A DNA stretch of 64,000 nucleotides from Octopus vulgaris (Eukaryota), in the NCBI GenBank assembly GCA_951406725.2, contig OX597834.1, positions 10,416,001 to 10,480,000 on the forward strand, in the 5' to 3' direction. Positions 14,478 through 27,816 of the stretch are shown here, one piece after another. A program made the translations under genes and the position numbers. Position 1 is the first letter of the stretch. Each line of letters starts with the position of its first letter. The notes beneath the pieces are model-generated. The model searched no databases. It saw only the letters and a list, made by a program, of their open reading frames with translations, and was not told where the DNA came from.

Positions 14478-14719
14478 GGAAAGAGAAAGGCGGCGAGCTG
14501 GCAGAAACGTTAGCACGCCGGGCGAAATGTTTAGCGGTATTTCGCCTGCCGTTACGTTGTGAGTTCAAATTCCGCCGAGGTCGACTTTGCCTTTCATCCT
14601 TTCGGGGTCGATAAATTAAGTACCAGTTACGCACTGGGGTCGATGTAATCGACTTAATACCTATGTCTGTCCTTGTTTGTCCCCTCTGTGTTTAGCCCCT
14701 TGTGGGTAATAAAGAAATA
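14478..14719 (+). mobile_element. SINE family C monomer
   Basis: Full length; TSD ggtatataa. Confidence 0.9.
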
Positions 14720-15592
14720 GGTATATAATGATAGTGTGAAAAATATAAACCAAATGGTTGAGTAAGCAAGTATGACGACCGTACACGCGATATTATTGCA
14801 TAGAAGCTATATAATTTACACAACGCTTGTATCTCCTCCTTTTATCATCATAGATAGGCGCTTCGACCTTATCGTATAGGAGGCAGGTTAAATACCATGA
14901 ATTTAAAGAATCAGAACATTATATTTATTAATGATAAATCTCAGAGCGAGTTATATACAGTAGCAGCAACACATCGTGACGTATATTTGCCATTTGAATA
15001 TGGCTAACCCCTAAGGGTGGATGCTACAGTAGTTTGTAGCCCCAGGAGGACACGTCCTCCAGCTGGCTATAGACACACTTTATGTGCCCTATCAGTATTT
15101 TAGTTTGGTTTTAAGTTATCTGTCTGACTCTAAATATGGTTTAAAAATTTAGCAGAAGGCTAGCATATTTCGGCGGAGGGAATAAGTCGATTACATCGAC
15201 CCTTTTGCTCAGCTAACATTTATTTTATGAACGGCAAAAGGATGAAAGGCAAAGACTATCTCGGCAGAATTTGAACTCAAAACCTAAAGACGGACGAAGG
15301 GCCTCTAAGCATTTTGCTGGTGTGCTAACAGTCCTGCTAGCTCACCGCCTCAACTGTCTGACATCGACTCTGCAAAGAAGAGGTTTAAAGCACTGGGTCT
15401 CAATCATCTTATATACTAAAATCATTTTATATACAATCACTATATATACTAGCGCTATCTACATACCAATGCCTCTCGTTGCTATTCTATTCCCCTTATT
15501 ACATTGTATATTATGGGTACCATATAAAACCTGTGCTCTCTCTCTTTCTCTCTCTCTATATATATATATGCTCTACACTTTCTTATTTGCCG

Positions 15593-15629
15593 TATATATA
15601 TACATATATATATAAACATATATACACAT

Positions 15630-15660
<31 letters not shown>

Positions 15661-16085
15661 CACATATTTACATATATATATATACATATACATATACAAT
15701 ACATACATATATATATACATATACATACATATATATATACATATACATACATATATATATACATATACATATTTATATACATATACATATATATATATTT
15801 ACATATATATACATATACATACATATATATATATTTACATATATATACATATATATATATATATTTACATATATATACATATATATATATATTTACATAT
15901 ATATACATATACATACATATTTACATATATATACATATACATACATATATATATATATATTTACATATATATACATATACATACATATATATATATATAT
16001 TTACATATATATATATACATATACATACATATATATATATCTATCTATATATATATGTATATATATATATATATGTGTGTGTGTA
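15593..16085. repeat. Compound (TA)n/(TACA)n microsatellite
   Basis: Direct inspection. Confidence 0.9.
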
Positions 16086-17049
16086 TACTAAAAGCATGTA
16101 CTTTTTCTACATCAAGTTTGACTGCGACAGCATTGGGCTTCAGGAATTAGCATTCATTTATAGACTATACAGATTTTTATTATTTCTTATTTCTCCGTAA
16201 GGTACGCATTTTTTTTTTGTTACTCCTGAATTTTCGGAGGATTTTAGCGCTAGCCTTAAAGTGACGTTTCCATTATTGAATCATACTAATTGTATTTTTA
16301 TGTCACCATCTTTCTATATGTTTTCTACACTTCATCTCCTTTTATAGACTGAGCAGAAAATGTTGTGACTAATATTGTGCTCGAAGTCACCATGTAGCAA
16401 TTGTAATTGTCAGCTAGGCTTCGATTCGTTTTGTTTTTTTGCTTCGACCACATGTTAGAACTCTTTAGACAGAACCTATTTTCAAATGACCTCTCGACCG
16501 TTAGCAATTTTTTGTTCTAGCTTTGTATTTCCTTCACAACATGCCAGAATTTTTCATAATAGGACTCATCACTCGTTTTCGAGCTTTGAAACCGACGATT
16601 TCTAATAAATGGATTTTTATTTCTATTGATTTTATTTACATTTATCACTGCCATCTGTATCATCTCTCTCATGTATGTCTAATACTACAAAAGCTTCCCC
16701 TATCTCTATTTCCAATTTTTGTGTCATGGCTTTGTAGACATTAAACCAGAAAAAGCTGTTATTTTAGTTGCTTCTCTGGTTTCTTGTACATATGTGTGCT
16801 TTTATCATTAAGCTGACCTTTAAACCGCTGGTATTTATGCTGGTCTTCTTTATGCTCAGGAAGTTGCCGATCGACGAACAGAATGCAGAGATTATGTACT
16901 GAGGCAAAATATATGCTGGCGTTCATGTTTTCTTCTTAGTTCAGAAAAGTGGCCATTGAAGGCCGCAGTCAAGTATCTAAAAAAAAAGACACACACACAC
17001 ACACTCGTATATATATGTATATGTGTGTGTGTGTGTGTGTGAGTATACC

Positions 17050-17745
17050 TATATATAAACACATACATACATATATATATATATATATAAACACATACAT
17101 ATACATATATATATATATATAAACACATACATATACATATATATATATATATAAACACATACATATACATATATATATATATATAAACACATACATATAC
17201 ATATATATATATATATAAACACATACATACATAGATATATATATAAACACATACGTACATATATATAAACAGATACATATATATATAAACACATACATAT
17301 ATATATAAACACATACATACATATATATAAACACATACATACATATATATAAACACATACATACATATATATATATAAACGCATACATACATATATATAT
17401 ATAAACGCATACATACATATATATATATATATATAAACACATACATACATATATATATAAACACATACATACATATATATATATATATATAAACACATAC
17501 ATACATACATATATAAACACATACATACATACATATATAAACACATACATACATACATATATAAACACATACATACATATATAAACACATACATACATAT
17601 ATGTATATATATATAAACACATACATATATATGTATATATATATATAAACACATACATACATATATATATATGCAGACATGCACACATACAAACATACAT
17701 ACATACATGCATGCAAGCACACATACATGCAAACATGCATACATA
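17050..17745. repeat. Minisatellite aaacacatacata(ca)(ta)n
   Basis: Repeated aaacacatac with variable (TA)n; source of the spurious 250-385 aa ORFs. Confidence 0.9.
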
Positions 17746-18096
17746 CCCGGCTGTATACAAGCAAATGCGTTATCCCACCTATATACACAAGGCCAGTAGC
17801 CACACTTTGCCATACGGTCATACGGTGACTACATACGCTACCAACGGGATATAAAGTTCTATTATTGAATGAAAATATTGCAATAGAGTATATAATTGCA
17901 AAAATATAGCCCAGGGCATAGCTGTATTGTAAGAATTTTGCTTTCCAACCACTTTGCGCTGGGTTCAGTCCCACTTCATCGCACCTGGGGCAAGTGTCTT
18001 CTACTATAGCCACACGCCATCCAAAATTTTGTGAGTGGGTTTGGTACACGGAAACCGAAAGAAGCCCGTCGTATATATGTATATATATATATATAT

Positions 18097-18308
18097 AACG
18101 GGAAGCTTTATGAAAATAAACAAAAGACGAAGGCAGGTGGAAAACAAACGAACAATTGTATTAGTATGGCGCTCAGGAAATATAAATAAAACAAGTCTTT
18201 AACGTTTCGAGCCTACGCTCTTCAACAGAAAGATACACAGAGAGAGAAAAACACAGAAAGAAGGAGAGAAAAAAAATGCGTGCAGTAGCTAACGAATCAA
18301 CATGGCGA
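18097..18308 (-). mobile_element. ~200 bp non-autonomous hammerhead-bearing element inserted in (TA)n
   Basis: Clearly homologous to 62046-62241, with the same ends (aacgggaag... and ...catggcga). Both copies are flanked by (TA)n. Confidence 0.75.
18196..18233 (-). ncRNA. Minimal hammerhead-like motif with variant core CUGUUGA
   Basis: Minus strand: tcttt-CTGTTGA-A-gagc(gtag)gctc-GAAA-C-GTT-aaaga. Stems I and II pair perfectly. Confidence 0.6.
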
Positions 18309-18401
18309 TATATATATATAATTAAATAAGGGTAGAAATTGATATTAATCAATTAAAACCAGTGGCCTAGCATATTTAAAAGTATCCAAAGATTTAAATT
18401 T

Positions 18402-18438
<37 letters not shown>

Positions 18439-19218
18439 GGTTATGCGGAAAGGGAAATAAGCTCGTCGTATATATGAATGCGCGCGCGCTTGTGTGTGTG
18501 TGTGTTTGCTTGCGTGTTTGTGTGTGTCAGTGTGACAACCGCTGCTGGTGTGCTTGCGTTCCACATAACTTACCAGTTATGGACCGATAGAATAAATATC
18601 AGGCTGTAAAGCATATATGTATTGAGGTGAATTAATTTGACTAACGGTTTTCAAGAGTGGTGGCCCAGCTTGGCTGCAGTATGATGACTGAAACAAGTAA
18701 AAGAAAAGAGAATCTTTACATGGAAAAGGGAGCACGAGAAAGGGTTTTCCCATTCATAGACTTCTACATTTCCCTAGTTGGCGACCCCCGATCCCTTCCT
18801 AGTCGAAATACAATTATTATATAGCTTTCTAAACATCCATGAACTTTATGCAAAAGGTTATGACGTTGGCAGAGATAGTTGGTCTTTTCCGATTGAAGTG
18901 CCAAAGTAACACCAGAGACATTCATAGAATTTCACTTATTGCCATATGTTTTTCGTACTAACCAATCAAAAATTCCACCCGTTCAATATCTTGGTTATTA
19001 TTGACACATCTTTGACCAGAGCTACAGGTTAGAAAAAAACAAAAAAAAAACAAAAAAAAAACAGTATTTCAAACATTAGATACTCGGCTAACTCTGGTTC
19101 CAGCTTGACTACATAAAATGTAGTCTCTGCTAGCGATATCTGATTTTGTGTCTTTAGCTCTACCATAATTATATGTAATATAATGCAAATAATATACTTT
19201 AAAAATCTACATAAATTC

Positions 19219-19220
<2 letters not shown>

Positions 19221-19254
<34 letters not shown>

Positions 19255-19371
19255 GCACAAATACATCTACGGATATGCATATATATATATATATATACAC
19301 ACGCACAAATACATCTACGGATATGCATATATATATAAACGTTGATTTGTGTATGCATTTATATATGTATA

Positions 19372-19439
<68 letters not shown>

Positions 19440-19601
19440 TATATATATGCACGCACACATATATATATATACACACACATATATATATATATATGCACAC
19501 ACACATATATATATATACACACACGCACACATATATATATATACACACGCACACACACACGCACACATATATATACACACACACGCACACATATATATAC
19601 A

Positions 19602-19633
<32 letters not shown>

Positions 19634-19746
19634 TACACATATATATACACACACACATACACATATATATACACACACACATATATAGATACACACACAC
19701 ACACATATATATATATATGCGTGTATGTATGGATGTGTGTGTGTGT
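19221..19746. repeat. Compound (TA)n/(CA)n microsatellite
   Basis: Direct inspection; includes 2x acacgcacaaatacatctacggatatgcat. Confidence 0.9.
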
Positions 19747-20295
19747 ATCTATTTTGTTTTTAATGGATTATCTGATGCATGAAATGTCAAGAATCTGTTG
19801 GGAATTTTAATTTTTCCCTCTTTTGATGTGATTTTCAAAAGAGATCATGACATCAAAAGAAATTTGATAAATTATATTGTATGAAGTTAACAATTTCATA
19901 CAATCTTCTTACTCGCTTGTTTGTGGCATTTTGCCCAGCTAAGAAATCTTTGTTTAACTGTGTAAATGCGTCGACGTCGTTTCCTGAAAATATACTCGAC
20001 TAAAATAAATATTGAAATGCACACACACACACATACTCATTCACATACATACACACACTCATTTACATACATACACACACTCATTTACATACACACACAC
20101 ATACATTCGCACACACACATGCACACAGATATATGAATATAAATATTTTATACCTACGTTGACAGATACATATATGTATTTATATATATATATATATACA
20201 TACACACACACACACACACACATATATATACACACACATATATATATACACACATAGAAACGCGCACACACAAAAATATATACATATATTCCTGC

Positions 20296-20341
<46 letters not shown>

Positions 20342-20460
20342 TTGTGTGTGTTTGTGTGTGTACTGTGACTCGGAGTTTGATACGTTACAGCTTCCTTCAT
20401 ACAACAAAGGATAAATAAAAAAGGAAATGTACCAAAGCCTATATTGTAACCGTTTTATAT

Positions 20461-20496
20461 CTATCTATCTAGATAGATAGATAGATAAATAGATAT

Positions 20497-20537
<41 letters not shown>

Positions 20538-20740
20538 GATAGACAGACAGACAGAGATAGATAGACAGACAGAGATAGATAGACAGACAGACAGACAGAT
20601 AGATAGACAGACAGACAGATAGATAGACAGACAGACAGATAGATAGGTTGATAGATAGACATACATACATATAGACAGACAGAGATATAGATAGACAGGT
20701 ATATAGATAGACAGACAGACAGACACCAGATAGATAGATA
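20461..20740. repeat. (AGAT)n/(AGAC)n microsatellite
   Basis: Direct inspection. Confidence 0.95.
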
Positions 20741-21384
20741 AATTTATAAATATATGTGTGTGTGTGTGTGTGTTTTTCTCTGAGTCACAACACAGTTTCT
20801 GCGTGCGATTGTGTACAGATGTATACACATAGACACATCGTTATACGTTATCTTCTGACAATATTTAGTGAACTATCTATTTTGTTTTTACGTGGAAATC
20901 TCATCCGGTTTTTGTCTATTTTGGCTCCCACTAAATATCAGATTGTTTTTCTCACTGTTTATTTCCAGGCATGGTCTCATTTAGTAAATATAAAACAATA
21001 GACATTCCATGCGTGACATCTCATATTTGTATATTAGTAAAATATAAGCGCCTCTGTCATATTCTTTTTTACTTCTCTATAAATGAATGATAAAAGGTCA
21101 ACTAAATAATGGAAATATCTTTGGATTTTTCTCACACCATTATTACGATTCTACAATTTTTATCTCTTCCGGAAGTACTGATATTTCAAAACAATTCGCC
21201 TTTTGAAAACTGAACTACACTCTACAACAGTGATTCTTACCGGACCCAAAATAACCCTTGCGATCCATATAACTTTTCCTGGTTCATATGACCCTTTTGG
21301 GTGCATATAATACTTTGTTGTTAAAATTTACGTGCAATAAATTACATCTATTTCTAAATATATAATCTATATTTTTTAAATACC

Positions 21385-21800
21385 TTTTACTCTTTTACTT
21401 GTTTCAGTCATTTGACTGTGGCCTTGCTGCAGCACCGCCTTTAGTCGAGCAAATCGACCCCAGGACTTTTTCTTTGTAAGCCTAGTACTTATTCAATCGG
21501 TCTCTTTTGCCGAACCGCTAATGTACGGGGATGTAAACACACCAGCATCGGTTGTCAAGCGATGTTGGAGGGAGAAACACACAGACACACAAACAAATAT
21601 ACACACATACACACATATATACATACGTATATATTCGACGAGCTTCTTTCAGACTCCGTCTACCAAATCCACTCACAAGGCTTTGGTCGGCTCGAGGCTA
21701 TAGTAGAAGACGCTTGCCCATGGTGCCTCGCAGTGAGACTGAACCCGGAACCATGTGGTTCGTAAGTAAGCAACTTACCACACAGCCACTCCTACGCCTA
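21385..21800 (-). mobile_element. SINE family A
   Basis: Full-length homology. Confidence 0.9.
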
Positions 21801-22419
21801 TATTTTTGTTGATGATATTTTATAAAGATACAATGGAATATTTTTTAATATTTTTGCACAGTTCAAATAGCGATGACTATCCAGTAGAAATAAGTAGGTA
21901 TCGAAATGGTCCATAGGGAAACAGGGTAGGGAACCACTGTTGTATACCTAACAGACCATCCTTGAATTTGTATTAACATTTGCAACTGGCATTATCCGAA
22001 CCAAAAATTCCTACTGTTTTATTGTAAACCCAGCCAGATCTCGCCTCTAACACCTACCTTACTAAGGCATTCTAATTTATAAACAAACATATCGTTGAAT
22101 TCCCCAAACTACGAGGTAATACATAATTAATTTAAAATTAGTAAGAATTATATTCGACAAAATAGTCTGAATGGTAAAATGTTAGAGCAATTCCAGTCGT
22201 AATTTAAACAGTTACCGTTTAGTTTAAATAAAGAAAAGTTTTGACGATTGTATTTAAGAAAAACCGTGTTACTATATTCGCTTGACGTCTTATCTGCCAC
22301 ATCTGGCTTCCATCACATCGTTTTTAAATATGAGTTAACTATATTTGATTATGTGGGTTTAATAACGAATTCTAATTCCGAAATAGTGTATCAAAAATAT
22401 TATTGTCATAGTAACCAGA

Positions 22420-22830
22420 CGACAAATTCTCTCGCTGCATTTTCCATATTTGGGTTGTTATAAACTTATCATCTGAAATCAGTTCACACTTCTCTATTCC
22501 AAATCCATCCCGAAAAATTGAATTCCACATTCCAAACTAAAGCACTCATCAATTTTACTTGTATAAGTACATTCGTTTCTGCCTCCAACAAGCCACAAAA
22601 TTGATTTTGCTGTTGTTTATTTCCAGGAATGCTCTCATTTCGTAAATAGAAAATCAAATGTATTCCATCCATGATACTCCCATCAGTTTCGTAGGTCTGG
22701 CATTACAATGTCCACTGTGCACTTTAAGTCCTTTTTAAGACGTCAAACTTGATTTCAGTCATCTACTATATCTAGCAAGCTAATTGACCATATAGAGGCT
22801 CTTCTGCTGGTTCTGTCAAATCTGATTCCA
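22420..22830 (-). mobile_element. Old R4/Dong-like RT remnant (related remnant at ~20870-21200)
   Basis: FGIEKC motif and LLDI-like residues; diverged similarity between the two loci. Confidence 0.45.
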
Positions 22831-23293
22831 TTCTGTAATAAATACGTCAGTGTACGTAATACCAATTTTGTAGTTCAATACGCCAGCTCTCTTTCTTTCA
22901 CTCTCTCTTTCACACAGACACACAGGCACACACACACATACTTTCCCCGTCTTTCTCAAGCCTGACACATTTCCAGTTAAAATCTCCTCATTGAGCACGA
23001 CTATGTATGGATGCATGCATGTATGTACGTATGTATGTATGTATGTCATTATTCATTTTATTTCAAGATTTCTTGCGCATAGAGAAAGAACCGGTTTCTA
23101 ACCTAGATCCAAGGCTCCTTCATTGGAATTTCAATATCAACAACCAGGTGGTTTTTGCATGTATGTATGTATGTATGTATGTATGTATCCATATCATCTG
23201 CTATTTTGTACATGTCTGTTTATTGCTTCTGGTATTATACTTTATTTTCATTACGCTCTATAACTCACTTTTACGTATGATATATACATATAC

Positions 23294-23600
23294 GTGGAGG
23301 CACAATGGCCTAGTGGTTAAGGCAGCGGACTCGCGGTCGCACGATCGCGGTTTCGATTCCCAGACCGGGCGTTGTGAGTGTTTATTGAGCGAAAACACCT
23401 AAAAGCTCCACGAGGCTCCGGCAGGGGGTAGTGATCCCTGCTGTACTCTTTCACCACTCTTTCTCTCCCTCTTTCTTCTGTTGGCCTGCTCGCTTAGCCA
23501 GCGGGGTGGCGTCATTCGAAGGCTAAAAAAACAATGCGAATGCATTGTGTCCAGCGATGTGTAAAACATCTGATGGTCTGTTCGGTCACGTGATCACGTG
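23294..23600 (+). mobile_element. SINE family B' (family B head, different tail)
   Basis: First ~190 bp match family B; unrelated tail ending cacgtgatcacgtg. TSD-like atatacatatac/atatacacatac. Confidence 0.85.
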
Positions 23601-24161
23601 ATATACACATACAAAGTACACACATATGCACGCATAAACACATATAAATCGGGGATCCCATCCAGTGCCAGAAGTTTCACCGCATTAGGAACCCCAACCC
23701 TCTCCCAACTTAAATTTCTGTTTGAATTTTGCTTTCACTTTCATTATTGGGTTATGTTCTTCCAGCACAACAAATTTTCATCGTTATACTTGTCCATGCA
23801 CCAGCCTTTGTTGCTGCCACTTCTACTGTTGTTACTGTTGATGTCGTTACTGATGTTACTATTAAATTTTCTGATCATTGTTCTGGTGATTGTGCAGTGT
23901 GGTAGACGGCTTTTTACCTGTGCACGAAAGATTCCCTTTCAAATGAACTCCTATTCTCCGTACTTAGTGGTCAATCGACTAATACGAAATCGAGTTACAA
24001 AAGTGCAATAGCCCGATTCTACATTCCTCGTAACTTAGCTATAAAGTTTAAAGTGTAAAAAAATACACATACACAAACCTATGAAACTTTGATCTCTGTG
24101 GAATTTGAACTACTGTTAAGCATTTCGCACGGCGTGCTAACATTTCTGTCAGTTCGCCACC

Positions 24162-24198
<37 letters not shown>

Positions 24199-24216
24199 TA
24201 ATAATAATAATAATAT

Positions 24217-24563
24217 TGACAACGTGTCAATATTAAAGAAATGGAGAAACTTTCAAAATACAAAAACCTGGAAATAGACGTAAATCGAATGTGGAATCTA
24301 AAAACAGAAACAATTCCTATCATAGTAGGTGCATTAGGCATGATAAAAAAAATATTCAGACAAATACATAACAAAAACACCAAGACTAACAAGTATATAT
24401 AACATACAGAAAATTGCACTACTAGGCACTGCACACATCCTACATAAAACACTTTCATTACAGTGAAAATAAGAGCATCACAACAAACCACAGCACATAC
24501 CCAAGGCACACAGAGCTGCGCTCGGTAGTGAAGTAAAAGCACGTTATAAAAATAAAACTACTG
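24217..24563 (+). mobile_element. 5'-truncated R4/Dong-like RLE LINE 3' end in (TAA)n
   Basis: Translates KEMEKLSKYKNLEIDVNRMWNLKTETIPIIVGALGMIKK..QKIALLGTAHILHKTLSLQ* (one frameshift), the typical RLE C-terminus. (TAA)n on both sides. Confidence 0.85.
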
Positions 24564-24958
24564 AATGATAATAATAATAATACTAATGGTTTCAAGTTTC
24601 TCCACTAGGGTAGCAATTTTAGGAGAGGGGATAAGTCGATTACGTCGACCCCATTGTTCATTTGGTACTTATTTTATCGACCCCTAAAGGATGAAGGTCA
24701 ACGTCGACCTCGGCGAAATTTAAACTCGGATCATGTCTTGCAATTTTGTAACATATCACATTCTGCCACAGTCACATGTCCAGCAATTTTAAGGAGATTG
24801 TAAGTACAGGTACTTTACTTAGCGATCACTAGGGTCGGTGAAAAAACTACCAGTACTAAACTCATATTCTGTCTCATTTAATCAGGCAGAAGGGAAGTGA
24901 TTTTTAATCTGGATGGACTTAGTGCATTAAGACATGAAACGAATATTTTTTTTTTCTA

Positions 24959-25346
24959 GTGGAGGCGCAATGGCCAGGTGGTTAGGGCAGCGGACTCGCG
25001 GTCATAGGATCGCGGTTTCGATTCCCAGACCGGGCGTTGTGAGTGTTTATTGAGCGAAAACACCTAAAAGCTCCACGAGGCTCCGGCAGGGGATGGTGGT
25101 GATTCCTGCTGTACTCTTTCACCACAACTTTCTCTCACTCTTACTTCCTGTTTCTGTTGTACCTGTACTTCAAAGGGCCGGCCTTGTCACTCTCTGTGTC
25201 ACGCTGAATATCCCCGAGAACTACGTTAAGGTTACACGTGTCTGTGGAGTGCTCAGCCACTTACACGTTAATTTCACGAGCAGGCTGTTCCGTTGATTCG
25301 GATCAACCGGAACCCTCGTCGTCGTAACCGACGGAGTGCTTCCACA
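24959..25346 (+). mobile_element. tRNA-derived SINE family B (OR1/OR2-like head), full length
   Basis: A box TGGCCAGGTGG, B box GGTTTCGATTCC; T-rich TSD. Family name is from memory, not a search. Confidence 0.9.
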
Positions 25347-25782
25347 TTTTTTTTTCTGATGCGTGCTCGGCAAAGTAACATTATGTTCAGTTCAACTGGA
25401 TACTGTTACTTAGATGTGTGGGTTGAAATATATTATTTCCTGTTTTTCATTCAAATTAAGAGCCTTTAATATTCCCATTATATAATTTATAAACGTAACG
25501 CTTTTATTTGAAATAACTGATATATGATATATTTATTTAATTCATTAGATGAATTGACACACCCCTCTATTTCAAGTCGAAAACATTTTTTATAGAATAT
25601 TTTATTACTTTGTGTAGGTGTGTTGCTTACTGGTTTGTGTTTTGGGCTCATGATCGCAAGGTTATGATTTCGATTTCTGAGTCGGCTGACGCTTTGTTTT
25701 TCTTGAGTAAAACACTTCATTTCACGTTGTTCCCGCCCACTCAGCAGGTAAAAAGGAGTAATTCTTTGATAGACCGCTTCTG

Positions 25783-26166
25783 GGGATGGAAGCACTCCGT
25801 CGGTTACGACGACGAGGGTTCCGGTTGATCCGAATCAACGGAACAGCCTGCTCGTGAAATTAACGTGTAAGTGGCTGAGCACTCCACAGACACGTGTACC
25901 CTTAACGTAGTTCTCGGGGATATTCAGCGTGACACACAGAATGTGACAAGGCCGGCCCTTTGAAATACAGGTACAACAGAAACAGGAAGTAAGAGTGAGA
26001 GAAAGTTGTGGTGAAAGAGTACAGCAGGGATCACCACCATCCCCTGCTGGAGCCTCGTGGAGCTTTTAGGTGCTTTCGCTCAATAAACACTCACAACTGG
26101 GAATCGAAACCGCGATCCTATGACCGCGAGTCCGCTGCCCTAAACATTGGGCCACTGCGCCTCCAC
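25783..26166 (-). mobile_element. SINE family B nested in an older SINE (~25613-26255)
   Basis: TSD accgcttctg at 25773-25782 and 26167-26176. Confidence 0.9.
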
Positions 26167-26478
26167 ACCGCTTCTGCATCAAGGTGGGGAATACATACGC
26201 CATGGAAACCAGGAAACCGGCCCTATGAATATATATGACTCCAGAAGGAACCTTAATATTCTTATTATTACTTCACTCTACTCCTTTTACTTCAGTCGTC
26301 ATCATTTTTTAACACCTATGAGACTAATGAGCCTATAAAGATGAGATGGTGAATTGGGAGAGTTCAACAGAGTAGTAGAGGTGTTATTCACTTTAGTTCT
26401 CTGTTATCTGCGTTCAAATCCCTCCGGAAAACTCTTAGCCTTTCTATAAATGAAATATCGAAAAATAAAACTTTATAC

Positions 26479-26885
26479 AGGCACAGGAGTGGCTGTGTGG
26501 TAAGTAGCTTGCTAACCAACCACATGGTTCCGGGTTCAGTCCTACTGCGTGGCATCTTGGGCAAGTGTCTTCTGCTATAGCCCCGGGCCGACCAATGCCT
26601 TGTGAGTGGATTTGGTAGACGGAAACTGAGAGAAGCCTGTCGTATACATGTATATATATATATCTGTGTCTGTGTGTGTGTTTGTGTGTCTGTGTTTGTC
26701 TCCCTAGCATCGCCTTACAACCGATGATGGTGTGTTTACGTCCCTGTCACTTAGCGGTTCGGCAAAAGAGACCGATAGAATAAGTACTGGGCTTACAAAG
26801 AATAAGTCCCGGGGTCGAGTTGCTCGACTAAAGGCGGTGCTCCATCATGGCCGCAGTCAAATTACTGAAACAAGTAAAAGAGAGT
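26479..26885 (+). mobile_element. SINE family A
   Basis: Full-length homology. Confidence 0.9.
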
Positions 26886-27115
26886 ATACAAATACTGAAA
26901 TGAAATTGATTATCGCTTTCTCTCTCTCCCTCTATCCCCCTCTTTGTCTTATCTCTATTTCTCCGTTTTCACTCACACACACACATATATATATATAGTA
27001 AATAAAATGGAAAAATAAACAGAAAGTTGCAAAAGAAAACAAAAAACGTGAGAATACAGCAGAAGTGGAAGGAAGAGGGAGCAAAAAATTTTCAACAGTC
27101 CACGGGAGGTGAACG

Positions 27116-27697
27116 ATGGGCTTCCTCCAGTTTCCGTCTACCGAATCCGCTCACAAGGATTTGGTCGGCCCGAGACCATAGTAGAAAACACTTGTCCAAG
27201 GAGTCGCGCAGTGGGACTGAATCTGGAACCATGTGGTTGGGAAGCAAGCTTCTTATCCCTTTATTGCCCCAAAAAGGGTTAAACACAGAGAGGACAAACT
27301 AGGACAAAAAAAAGGGATTAAGTCGATTATATCGACCACAGTGCGTAACTGGTGCTTAATTTATCGACCCCGAAATGATGAAAGGCAAAGTCAACCTCTG
27401 CGGAATTTGAACTTAGAACGTAGCGGCATACGAAATACCTATTTCTTTACTACCCACAAAGGGCTAAACACAAAGAGGACAAACATGGACAGACAAAGGG
27501 ATTAAGTCGATTATATCGACCACAGTGCGTAACTGGTGCTTAATTTATCGACCCCGAAATGATGAAAGGCAAAGTCAACCTCGGCGGAATTTGAAATCAG
27601 ACGTAACGGCAGACGAAATATCGCTAAGCATTTCGCCCGGCGTGCTAATGTTTCTGCCAGCTCGCAGCCTTTTTACCACACAGCCACACCTGCGCCT
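27116..27697 (-). mobile_element. SINE family A 5' half split by a dimeric family C SINE (~27256-27668)
   Basis: caagcttctta | insert | ttttaccacacagccacacctgcgcc. Confidence 0.8.
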
Positions 27698-27816
27698 GTG
27701 TATATATATATGAGTACATATATATGCATATTTATATATATATATATATTATATATATTCATATATACATATATATATATTATATATACACACATACATA
27801 TATGTATATACATATA

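Larger units (their letters stand above)
17915..18710 (+). mobile_element. SINE family A with short elements nested in its (TA)n
   Basis: Head 17915-18075, tail 18460-18710; inserts at 18097-18308 and ~18321-18402. Confidence 0.7.

Noticed and set aside
16892-18049. 385-aa ORF and the many other YI/CV/HT-rich ORFs
   Set aside because: Translations of (TA)n/(CA)n/(TG)n microsatellites, open in several frames on both strands.
20956-22650. Two look-alike 15-nt microexons (tgtttatttccag|15 nt|gtaaata at ~20969 and ~22627)
   Set aside because: Similarity extends into both flanks, and the minus strand carries decayed R4/Dong-like RT motifs; better explained as paralogous LINE remnants.
25093-25296. 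Recurrent 'MVVIPAVLFHHNFLSLL' ORF (also 29316, 30668, 44799) and recurrent 'EDTCPRCHAVGLNPEPCGW' ORFs
   Set aside because: Incidental frames within SINE families B and A, not a gene family.
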